A DNA stretch of 64,000 bases, from contig CAMHNK010000002.1 in assembly GCA_946186455.1 (NCBI GenBank), forward strand, positions 186-64,185, given 5' to 3'. The translations under genes and the position numbers were made by a program. The stretch comes from an uncultured Candidatus Saccharibacteria bacterium (lineage in GTDB: Bacteria > Patescibacteriota > Saccharimonadia > Saccharimonadales > Saccharimonadaceae). Position 1 is the stretch's first letter. Each line of letters starts with the position of its first letter. The notes beneath the pieces are model-generated. The model was not told the origin of the DNA, ran no database searches, and saw only the letters and a list, made by a program, of their open reading frames with translations. Below, in pieces: positions 8,963 through 17,581 of the stretch.

Positions 8963-9100
8963 AAAAGACTCCTTTAATTAAATTATTAGAGTCATTTATG
9001 TGAGCCTCTGTTTTATTGGCTCGTAGTAATAAGGCAAAATGACAATACCTTACTACCTTAAACTTTTCTCTTTACCAGTGACCGAAGTATAGCAAGAGAC
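8963..9100 (-). promoter_or_regulatory. structured 5' UTR: four hairpins plus potential pseudoknot, SD sequestered
   Basis: Stems at 9067-9099 (cUUCGg loop), 9026-9056, 9002-9022, 8967-8993; loop GUCAUUU complementary to AAAUGAC. Confidence 0.6.
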
Positions 9101-9106
9101 ACTTCT

Positions 9107-9128
9107 ATTTTACCACATGTGGTATAAT
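9107..9128. promoter_or_regulatory. back-to-back extended -10 promoters forming a 22-bp near-palindrome
   Basis: ATTTTACCACATGTGGTATAAT = TGTGGTAAAAT (minus) and TGTGGTATAAT (plus). Confidence 0.65.
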
Positions 9129-9167
9129 AGTAACCCTGGGAGAACATTAAAAAAGGAGGTGGTTGAT

Positions 9168-10013
9168 ATGGAGAGAGCAGTCTCTGCTATCGATGACCTG
9201 AAAAAGCTTGGTGATAGGTTAATAGTATTCGAAGATGATGCTACAAATCCGCCGTCGCTTACCATTGTGAAATTTCCCGAAAATCGCGGGACCATCATCC
9301 AAAGGGGCGTCCTTTATGATTGGTATGGTCGCGAAGTCGAGCTCGGAGAAGGCATTAAGCGTATCGTTGAGCCATTTGGGCATTATACCGACGGTATCGA
9401 CCTGACGCATTGTCACGACAATTTCGTCGTGGAGCTAAAAGACGGCACTTTTGCAATTAGTGGCATTAAATATTATCGCTTGCCAAGATCGGAATGTTTA
9501 GGCTATTCTGGCCTAAAATATGCCATCACAGGCGGTGCCTTAAAAATGGTGCCACACATGTACCTAGATGAATCACTTCCGCGTTATGAAGAAATCAAAT
9601 TAGACGCTCTTAAAGACACTTGTTTTGAAATCTTCAAACGTTGGAACGGTCCTCATGAGTACGCTCTTGGCATCAATCCAATTTTCTATGGTTCGGTCGA
9701 AAAAGGCCTCACGCATCTTATTTGCGGCGAACTTGCCGGCGGTAATGGCAGATGTTGGTTTTCTATCGCAGAGAACCGCGAAATACTCTTAAAAACCACC
9801 AAGACTAAACTCGGTCGCATGGAAGAACCCCCACTTTATCTCAGCATGGACGAAATCTTTGGCGAAATCACGGTCTCAGAAGACGGTAACAAACTTACTG
9901 CTAGAGTACCTAAAAAGCATTTTGACAAAGAATCGATTCGTATCTCTACGGACGCTGAAGTTTTGGGGCACATGGAAGAGTCCCACTTTTGGTGGTACCT
10001 TGACCCAATCTAA
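9168..10013 (+). CDS. hypothetical protein (about 281 aa)
   Basis: Long ORF; AGGAGG SD supports ATG 9168; terminator downstream; no motif recognised. Confidence 0.7.
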   Translation: MERAVSAIDDLKKLGDRLIVFEDDATNPPSLTIVKFPENRGTIIQRGVLYDWYGREVELGEGIKRIVEPFGHYTDGIDLTHCHDNFVVELKDGTFAISGIKYYRLPRSECLGYSGLKYAITGGALKMVPHMYLDESLPRYEEIKLDALKDTCFEIFKRWNGPHEYALGINPIFYGSVEKGLTHLICGELAGGNGRCWFSIAENREILLKTTKTKLGRMEEPPLYLSMDEIFGEITVSEDGNKLTARVPKKHFDKESIRISTDAEVLGHMEESHFWWYLDPI

Positions 10014-10021
10014 TCCCAGGT

Positions 10022-10048
10022 TCCCCGTTTTTACAACGGGGATTTTTT
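10022..10048 (+). terminator. intrinsic terminator
   Basis: TCCCCGTT..AACGGGGA then T6. Confidence 0.7.
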
Positions 10049-10065
10049 ATGTTATAATATTACTT

Positions 10066-11004
10066 ATGATTTGGAACGATTTACATAGACCGTTTTTGAT
10101 TTTAGCTCCGATGGAAGGCGTCACCGACGTGATTTTTCGTCAAGTCGTCGCGCGCGCCGGCCGCCCGGATCTCTTTTTTACGGAATTCACCAATGTTTCT
10201 AGCTATGCTTCCGAAAAGGGCCGTGATAATGCCCTCGAACGCCTCGAAATCGCTCCTTCCGACTCGCCGATTATCGCTCAGATTTGGGGTAAAAACCCCG
10301 AGCATTTCGCTAAAACTTGCGAAGCTCTTGAAAGCCTCGGCTTTGTCGGCGTCGATCTAAACTTCGGCTGCCCAGACAAACACGTCAACAAAGCCGGTGG
10401 TGGTGCTGCTATGATTAAAACTCCAGAGCTCGCCGTCGAATGTTTCCGCAATGCCGTGAGATCCACTAATCTCCCAGTTTCGATTAAAACTCGTCTCGGC
10501 TGGGCTAAACTCGACGAATACGAAGATTGGCTATCTACTCTCTTAAATGAGCATCCGGCTGCACTTACTGTTCATCTCCGCACTAAAAAAGAAATGAGCA
10601 AAGTTCCGGCTCACTATGAATTAATTCCAGAGATTATTAAACTTCGCGACACGCTTAGCCCGGAAACTAAACTAATCATTAATGGTGATATTAAAGATAG
10701 GACCGCTGCACTTAAACTTCACGAAACTTATCCTGAGGTTGATGGTTTCATGATTGGCCGCGGCGTCTTCGCTAATCCATATTGTTTTACCGATCACACG
10801 CCAACTCGCGAAGAGCTCATGGATTTACTCCGTTTTCACCTTGATTTACACGAAGCCGAATCGAAGAAGCATTATCTTTCTTACGAACCATTAAAGCATT
10901 TCTTCAAGATTTACATCAACAACTTCCCTGGCGCCTCGGACCTCCGCGCTAAACTGATGGAAACCCATTCCGTACCTGAAGCGCGTGCTATAATAGAGTC
11001 ATGA
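10066..11004 (+). CDS. dus: tRNA-dihydrouridine synthase
   Basis: LAPMEGVTD, DLNFGCP, SIKTRLG, H.RT, NGDI, MIGRG; start reassigned to ATG 10066. Confidence 0.93.
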   Translation: MIWNDLHRPFLILAPMEGVTDVIFRQVVARAGRPDLFFTEFTNVSSYASEKGRDNALERLEIAPSDSPIIAQIWGKNPEHFAKTCEALESLGFVGVDLNFGCPDKHVNKAGGGAAMIKTPELAVECFRNAVRSTNLPVSIKTRLGWAKLDEYEDWLSTLLNEHPAALTVHLRTKKEMSKVPAHYELIPEIIKLRDTLSPETKLIINGDIKDRTAALKLHETYPEVDGFMIGRGVFANPYCFTDHTPTREELMDLLRFHLDLHEAESKKHYLSYEPLKHFFKIYINNFPGASDLRAKLMETHSVPEARAIIES

Positions 11005-12227
11005 AAATCGCATTATTAGGTTACGGCAAAGAAGGCAAAGCTGCCGAAAAATATTTTAAAGCTAAATTCGACGCGGAGTTCGAAATCTTTGAGAACTTCA
11101 CGCGCGATGAAATCGAGAAAAAAGATTTCTCTAGTTTCGACTTAGTTTTGCGTAGCCCTTCCGTCCCACCGCTCCATCTTAAAAATGAATCCAGTTTAAC
11201 CCGTTATTTCTTTGAACACTGCCCTTGCCCAATCATCGGCGTCACCGCCACTAAAGGTAAAGGTACTACCTGCTCCTTTATTAAATCCTTGCTCGACGCC
11301 CATCATGAAGATGCCTATCTCGTCGGCAACATCGGCACCCCAGCTATTGAATCGCTTGATGCTTTGAAACCTAATTCCGTCGTTGTCTACGAAATGAGTA
11401 GTTTCCAGCTCTGGGATCTCGAAAAATCTCCACACGTCGCCGTCGTTGGCACCATCGAACCGGATCACTTAAACGTCCATAATGGTTTTGATGATTACGT
11501 GAACGCCAAAGCCAACATTTGTCGCCATCAATCAACTAAAGACTATCTAGTTTATTATTCCGAAAATCCTGATACCAAGAAAATCGCCGACACCTCAAAA
11601 GCTAAGAAACTTACTTACCCGTTTGATTTGCCGTCCGATGTGCTAGAAGCTATCGTTATCCCTGGAAAACACAACCAAATGAACGCTATGGCCGCTATCG
11701 CTGCCGTCGCCTGCTACAAAAATATCTCACCAGACGAATATTTAAGCACCTATAAAACCGAAATTATTAAAGGCTTAAAGAGCTTTAAAGGCCTCCCGCA
11801 TCGCCTCGAATACGTCGGCGAATTAAATGGTGTTAAATATTACGACGATAATTTCTCCACCAACCCAGCTTCGACCAGGGTAGCCATTGACGCCTTCCCA
11901 GATAACAATGTTATCGCCATCATTGGTGGTCGCGACAAGACGGATAACGAAGATCTCCCAGAAATCTACGAAGTTATTTCCGCAAAGAACGTGAAAAAAG
12001 TCATCCTAATGGGCGAATCCGGCCACGAAATCGCGAAACGCTGGCAAGATGACCGCTTCATTGTGGTTGAATCATTAAAAGATGCCGTAAAAACCGCAAA
12101 ATCAGAAGCCGAAAAACTGGCTAGCGCCATCGTTTTGATGTCCCCCTCCGCTGCCAGCTTTGATATGTTCGAAAACGTTTACGATCGCGGTGCTAAATAC
12201 CAAGCTTTAATTAAACGCCTCTTTTAA
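11001..12227 (+). CDS. murD: UDP-MurNAc-L-Ala--D-Glu ligase
   Basis: VT.TKGKGTT, GNIG.P, EMSSFQL, PDHL..H, HRLE, SPSAASFD.F.N..RG. Confidence 0.95.
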   Translation: MKIALLGYGKEGKAAEKYFKAKFDAEFEIFENFTRDEIEKKDFSSFDLVLRSPSVPPLHLKNESSLTRYFFEHCPCPIIGVTATKGKGTTCSFIKSLLDAHHEDAYLVGNIGTPAIESLDALKPNSVVVYEMSSFQLWDLEKSPHVAVVGTIEPDHLNVHNGFDDYVNAKANICRHQSTKDYLVYYSENPDTKKIADTSKAKKLTYPFDLPSDVLEAIVIPGKHNQMNAMAAIAAVACYKNISPDEYLSTYKTEIIKGLKSFKGLPHRLEYVGELNGVKYYDDNFSTNPASTRVAIDAFPDNNVIAIIGGRDKTDNEDLPEIYEVISAKNVKKVILMGESGHEIAKRWQDDRFIVVESLKDAVKTAKSEAEKLASAIVLMSPSAASFDMFENVYDRGAKYQALIKRLF

Positions 12228-13244
12228 TTCTTCTTCCGTTACTGGTTTAGTAGCATCAGCCGTAGTTACCGGCGTTACTACTGTTCCTGTTCCCGGAGCC
12301 GCCGCATCATTCTTAAATGGGTTTTCTTTCTCCGGTTCGGCTGGCGTATCACCTTCACCACCATTGTCTTTCTTGCCCTTGCCAAGCTTCTTGATTAGTA
12401 AGAAGAGCAAACCAAGTACGATTAAGGCGCCTTCCGAGATTGCCACAATCATCCAAATCAAAGAATTATCTTCTTTTTCTTCGCATTTCTTGCAAGTATC
12501 ACAAACTGGGCAATCTAAGCTCGCTCTCGTGACTTCCACGATGTAATCTTTTCTCGTACCGTCTTCAGCCGTTACAATTACGACAAATTTATTAAGGCCA
12601 ACTTTCAAAATCTGCTTTCCGACTGCACCAGTTACAGTTGCTTTGCTATCGGTCGCCGTTACTTTGAGGTCGATTTCCGAAACATCATTGTCGACAGTAA
12701 TCTTGTAGTTATCACCATCAAGTTTCGCTTCCTTTTCGCCAATCATAATTGATTTTACGCTCGTATCACTACTCTTCGCTGCGGTATCCGGCACTGGTGT
12801 GTCTGGAGTCGGCGTTGGGGTAGGTGTAGGAGTTGGCGTTGGCGTTGGAGTCGGCGTTGGCGTTGGCGTTGGATCCTTTACAGTTAACCGCACCATACGT
12901 GTCTTTCCAGTAATTGTTACATCATCGTAAGTCGTCATATCGGTAGCAGTCACCGTAATCACCGTCGTGCCAGACACTAAACCCGTTACCGTCACGACCG
13001 CGCTACCTTTATCAAGAAATTCCTTTGTTGTCGAAATTGAAGCTACGCCAGGATTGCTAATTGAAATATCCACGCGTCCAGCTGCATTATCTGCCGTAAC
13101 TGTAAATGTACCAGTCTTACCCTTTTCAATCGTTAGTGTCTCCGGTGACACTCTCATATCGCCAGTTGCATAAGTTAATCCAGATGGTAAAACCATCGAT
13201 AGTGCTAGGGCAATTGCTAGGAGAATGCTTTTAATCTTTTTCAT
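12207..13244 (-). CDS. membrane-anchored surface protein: Ig/cohesin-like module, PT linker, cadherin-like beta-sandwich, CxxCxxCxxC, C-terminal TM
   Basis: Signal peptide; (PT)11 linker; L.VG.N.F...VTAEDG....Y...VTR cadherin-like pattern; TM then KK; ATG 13244 overlaps the upstream TAA. Confidence 0.8.
   Translation of the reverse strand: MKKIKSILLAIALALSMVLPSGLTYATGDMRVSPETLTIEKGKTGTFTVTADNAAGRVDISISNPGVASISTTKEFLDKGSAVVTVTGLVSGTTVITVTATDMTTYDDVTITGKTRMVRLTVKDPTPTPTPTPTPTPTPTPTPTPTPDTPVPDTAAKSSDTSVKSIMIGEKEAKLDGDNYKITVDNDVSEIDLKVTATDSKATVTGAVGKQILKVGLNKFVVIVTAEDGTRKDYIVEVTRASLDCPVCDTCKKCEEKEDNSLIWMIVAISEGALIVLGLLFLLIKKLGKGKKDNGGEGDTPAEPEKENPFKNDAAAPGTGTVVTPVTTADATKPVTEEELKEAFN
12804..12872 (-). 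repeat. Pro-Thr coding tandem repeat (PT)11P
   Basis: Degenerate CCAACG hexamer array. Confidence 0.9.
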
Positions 13245-14068
13245 TACGGTCTCCATTCTCCAGTCCCATCCATAATGTATAGTCTGACTTTCACATAGTC
13301 ACCCGAAGTTACTTGATCATCTTTCGTAATATCCGCCGCAAACCAAATTGCTGAACCTTCGTCAATCGTTTCGGTTTCCATGATGTGCTTCTTAATCTTA
13401 ATATAATCAGCCGAATTAATCGAACCATCGCGGTTTACATCGCCAAGGAATGCCAAAGTATAATCAAAGTTTACGCCAGAAATCGTGATTCTCAGTTTAT
13501 CGCCGGTTATAACAGTATCATTATCGGCCTCAGACCCATCACCTCTTAAATGTGAAATCGTAGCTGAATCACCAGCTTCAACTCTGTCTTCAACATCACC
13601 AAAATCGCCGCTGTTTAGGAGGAGGATATTATCAGCAACGAATTCAAGTTGTGCATCTTCTGCAATCGACGGGCCAACGACTACGTCCACTGTATAAGTC
13701 GTAGATGAGGAGAGTTGTTCTTCGTCGAATGTTACTACGTCGGTCAGCGTCACCGTAATGGTGGCCGTACCAACACCTGCGCCGGTTACTGTGATTGTCT
13801 TGACGCCTTCGTTTTCGATACCAGAGTCGAGAAACACGCTAGTATCTGAAATCGTCGCGATATCCGTATCACTAGAAGCGATATCGACACGTCCAGCTGC
13901 ATTCGTCGCAGCAATATTAAATGTCCCGGTTCCACCATACGCCACGTTGAGATTGTCGGTCGAAACTGCCACGCTCCCAACCGCTAGCGCCGTATGCGAA
14001 AAGAGCGCAAGCATAAGTGCCACTACTGCTAGTGTCGCTCCGATTAATATTTGTTTTAGTCTTTTCAT
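13244..14068 (-). CDS. secreted protein: Ig/cohesin-like module + C-terminal dockerin
   Basis: Signal peptide; GDVNRDGSINSADYIKIKKHI...AADITKDDQVTSGDYVKVRLYI duplicated Ca-loop/helix. Confidence 0.82.
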   Translation of the reverse strand: MKRLKQILIGATLAVVALMLALFSHTALAVGSVAVSTDNLNVAYGGTGTFNIAATNAAGRVDIASSDTDIATISDTSVFLDSGIENEGVKTITVTGAGVGTATITVTLTDVVTFDEEQLSSSTTYTVDVVVGPSIAEDAQLEFVADNILLLNSGDFGDVEDRVEAGDSATISHLRGDGSEADNDTVITGDKLRITISGVNFDYTLAFLGDVNRDGSINSADYIKIKKHIMETETIDEGSAIWFAADITKDDQVTSGDYVKVRLYIMDGTGEWRP

Positions 14069-17000
14069 GAATCTCCTCCATTCATAATATAGTTTCTTAC
14101 TTTTATATAATCCATAGACGAAACCAGCGTGTCGTCATTTAGATCCGCAGCCAAGAAGTACGGCGTTGAAACAGCGATTGTTTCAATCGTCATGATGTGC
14201 TTCTTTATATCAACATAGTCTCCCGATGAAACGTCGCCATCGCCGTTTACGTCGCCGGAAACCACCATCAAATAATCATAATACCAACTATCATCGACCG
14301 ACATCCTCACCGTATCGCCGGTCCTAATCTCATCATATACTGCCTCGTTGCTATTCTTGTCGAAATGCATATAAGTTACTTCGGCATCATTAGACATCTC
14401 GAGATGGCTCGTCACATCCGTGATACCGCCCTCATGCATCTTTAGGACTCCCGAACCGCTTTCCGCGACCACGCCATCCGAAGTATCTACCACTGGACCG
14501 ACAACGGTTACAGTCATATCGCGTTCATTGCCATCGTATTGTAGCAGCAAATGAATCGTCGCTACACCTGGCTTCACGCCTACGATTTTAATGTCTTCTG
14601 GATAGTAATTATTGTCCGCATTCTTTTCATCAATTACTTCCACTGCACCGCCACCAGAATCTGTCACGGTATAGGTAACTCTCGCTGCATCCATAATCGG
14701 CTCAATATAGTTCATAAGAGACATCGTCTCGCCCTGCTTCAGTTCAATATCCGTATCAATCGTCGAAAATTCAAATAATGAAGCATTAGCAACCTTTGCG
14801 AGCAGTGGTGTTCTAGCTACGCCGTCCACCGTTCTCGTCGTCCAACCAATTCCGGTCTTATAATTATTAATCTCATTTTCATAAAACTTACCGCGCTTAA
14901 TCAGTGCCGATGCGATGTAATTCGTGAGATTAATGTCTGTATTATCTTCTTTACCGACGATTTGGTTGTGATAATCGGTATAGGTATCATCAGCTTTAGC
15001 CTTCGCAGTGATCGTACCGGCATTTTGCATAAACTTCAAAGTCAGGCCACCATAAGGTCCCACGCTACCAAATATACCGCTAGATTCTTGCCCAGACACA
15101 TCTGCCGAGGAGAAAACATATTGGAACGAAAGACTATTCGCACCATTCGCAAATGTCGTCTTACCAATTAGAGCGCCGGCATTTCCTCCGGTTGACTCAA
15201 CCGAACCACCTATAATATATATGTCCTTAAATTGCGGCGTAGTATTCATTGGGTTATAGAAACAACCAATCAACCCCGCATTTTGCGAGCCTTTAATATC
15301 CATATTGTCGATGAATATTGAAATTAATGGATAGTACGAGCCACCACCACCCTGCATATAACCAAACATGCCTGCACATTCATCATCGCTAGTCACTTTC
15401 AAATTCGAAATCTTATGGCCACCACCAGATAGTTTACCCGTAAATGGCGTCATCGCTGTACCGATTGGCGTAAATGGCTTCGTTAGCTCGATATCATTAC
15501 TGAGTTCAAACAAAGCGTACGGATATGCTCTCATCGCCGAGAATTCACTTTCCTTAGAAATCAGATACGGATCACCATCCACGCCCGTACCACCAGCTAC
15601 CGAAATACCCGAAATCGTAATATCCACATCGTCACAACTATTTTGATAGCAAATCTTGAGTATAAAATCGCCAGCCCCAATATTAGTGTTAATTGCAACG
15701 TAGGCATTAATTTTGTTGGCACCCACACCATTATTCGTTACAGTTAGATTGCCAGATGTAATATCCGTACTACCATTCCACAAAGAATAAGTTGGCGTCG
15801 CGCCAGAAGGAATGTTCTTGGTGTAAGTCATTACTTTAAGATCGTGTGTCGAGTTTTGCGGAATAATACCCACATTAATATCAATGTCATCCGTGCTAGT
15901 ATGTGGCGTATCGGTGACATTTGAAGTAAAGACACTAATCGCATTCTTAATCATTACTTTAGAGCCAGTCACACTTACCGTAAATGCCTCGCTATCTAGG
16001 ATAATATTCTGGTCCGAAACATCAATCGTAAAGACGCCCGGCCAGATTACTGTATCGTTAAACACAGTCCGATTATTAGTACCATCCGATACGGTAATTG
16101 TGTAATTTGTATTGTATGAATAAGAAATCAGTTTAATGAGTTCAAGTTTCTCTGCCCCCGGTACTTTGCGCTGTACCGTGATTGAGTCTGAAAAACCAGA
16201 GCCGCTACCATGATACCAGTGATTTCTGTGATAATTATTGTCCCAAGTTCTTTCACTCATCAGTGACAAATCGGTCGCGAAGTTAATTTGCATCGTTGAA
16301 CGATTCGAATCGTATGCAATATAAATATAATCACGGCCATCGCTTCTGACGCCCCAAGAGTTTCTCACGATCCACGCGCCCACGCCGGATATTCTTTCGC
16401 CGTTATCGCAGTTTCCATAAACATTTGGTGCTAAGTGCATTGATCCAAAACGACAGAAAACCCAAGAATAATTATCATCCCAACCGATAATCTGCATCGA
16501 GTGGGCACCGAACGCGGCATCTTGTTGGCAAGATACTTCGTCAAAGATAATTGGACGACCGTTCCAATCAGAACCACAAGAACCAGTTGGTGAACCCGTT
16601 GAAACTTCTGCACCACCATAGCGCATAATGCCATCTTTGGCATATTTAACATAGTCGCTCTGTGTCAAAGCCGCCTTTGGTAACATAATTGCACGGTTTA
16701 GTTCATAGATTGGCTGTACGTAATTCAGGATGTATGCCATTTCGCGCGGATTTACATCACTGGTTGTGTACGGGAAGAACGATTCCGGTGCGTATGCCAA
16801 GCCATTAGCTGCAATCCACGATGCCATAAAGAAATTACCGCCCTTCGTGAGTAGACGTGAGCCGTCTTCGTTTACATAGTTATTAAAACCATTCGTACTT
16901 GTAGCATAGTCCATTTGGCGGATTGAGAATTGTTGTGTGGTGAGCGCATTGTATGGTTGATTATTCTTTCTCATTAAATAGCTCTCGGCCTGTTCGTTAA

Positions 17001-17529
17001 AAGCGAAATCCCAGCAAAGCCCATAAGAACCTTGGTTTTTTAATGGTGTAATATATGATTTACCATTCACATTGCGAAGATCAAACGTTGTCGGAAATAC
17101 CTCATCCTTACTTAAATATTCGTTAAATGTCATACTTTCAGTCGTCTCAGTTGCTGGGCTCTTTTTACTGCCACCACGCTTAGTGGTTGGCTCTGCTTCC
17201 TTGGTTTCACTCAAAGCATAGGCCATCGGAATCACATCAATTTCCGCTTTTTCTTCGTCGCTAAGTTCAAGATATCTTACATATTCTGGATTAAGATAGA
17301 GTTCGCCAGGTTTCTGATTCTTTTCGGTCAAAATCAATGAGTTGTTTTCTTCATAATTCTTACGGATAAAATCCTTCGCGACATCCGGAAGATAGCTATA
17401 ATCGTCAGACTTAAGAATAATTTCAATCGCATCAAGCGCGTAGGCTTTCTGGAAACCAAAAAAGCCAGCACATATAGCAACTGCTGCAATCACTAAAATA
17501 TATCTGTTTTTTAGCTTTGACCTAAGCAT
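14065..17529 (-). CDS. secreted C1 (papain-like) cysteine protease with GLUG-like region and C-terminal dockerin
   Basis: KNQGSYGLCWDF (Q, C), HSMQIIGWDD (H), WIVRNSWG (N); GT..DPY.I, F.G.L.G.GH.ISNL; GDVNGDGDVSSGDY...AADLNDD. Confidence 0.88.
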   Translation of the reverse strand: MLRSKLKNRYILVIAAVAICAGFFGFQKAYALDAIEIILKSDDYSYLPDVAKDFIRKNYEENNSLILTEKNQKPGELYLNPEYVRYLELSDEEKAEIDVIPMAYALSETKEAEPTTKRGGSKKSPATETTESMTFNEYLSKDEVFPTTFDLRNVNGKSYITPLKNQGSYGLCWDFAFNEQAESYLMRKNNQPYNALTTQQFSIRQMDYATSTNGFNNYVNEDGSRLLTKGGNFFMASWIAANGLAYAPESFFPYTTSDVNPREMAYILNYVQPIYELNRAIMLPKAALTQSDYVKYAKDGIMRYGGAEVSTGSPTGSCGSDWNGRPIIFDEVSCQQDAAFGAHSMQIIGWDDNYSWVFCRFGSMHLAPNVYGNCDNGERISGVGAWIVRNSWGVRSDGRDYIYIAYDSNRSTMQINFATDLSLMSERTWDNNYHRNHWYHGSGSGFSDSITVQRKVPGAEKLELIKLISYSYNTNYTITVSDGTNNRTVFNDTVIWPGVFTIDVSDQNIILDSEAFTVSVTGSKVMIKNAISVFTSNVTDTPHTSTDDIDINVGIIPQNSTHDLKVMTYTKNIPSGATPTYSLWNGSTDITSGNLTVTNNGVGANKINAYVAINTNIGAGDFILKICYQNSCDDVDITISGISVAGGTGVDGDPYLISKESEFSAMRAYPYALFELSNDIELTKPFTPIGTAMTPFTGKLSGGGHKISNLKVTSDDECAGMFGYMQGGGGSYYPLISIFIDNMDIKGSQNAGLIGCFYNPMNTTPQFKDIYIIGGSVESTGGNAGALIGKTTFANGANSLSFQYVFSSADVSGQESSGIFGSVGPYGGLTLKFMQNAGTITAKAKADDTYTDYHNQIVGKEDNTDINLTNYIASALIKRGKFYENEINNYKTGIGWTTRTVDGVARTPLLAKVANASLFEFSTIDTDIELKQGETMSLMNYIEPIMDAARVTYTVTDSGGGAVEVIDEKNADNNYYPEDIKIVGVKPGVATIHLLLQYDGNERDMTVTVVGPVVDTSDGVVAESGSGVLKMHEGGITDVTSHLEMSNDAEVTYMHFDKNSNEAVYDEIRTGDTVRMSVDDSWYYDYLMVVSGDVNGDGDVSSGDYVDIKKHIMTIETIAVSTPYFLAADLNDDTLVSSMDYIKVRNYIMNGGDS

Positions 17530-17581
17530 TAGCTTAATTATACTTTTTTCTCCAAAAAAATCAATAATTAAGCATATGTTT

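Noticed and set aside
9859-10065. N-terminal extension of dus (likewise pyk, pgk, ABC, G5 protein, DUF167)
   Set aside because: The dus extension crosses the upstream gene and a terminator; downstream ATGs fit promoter/SD spacing and family length
12804-12872. Tandem repeat as CRISPR or contingency locus
   Set aside because: In-frame hexamers with synonymous variation encoding a PT linker; no spacers or cas genes
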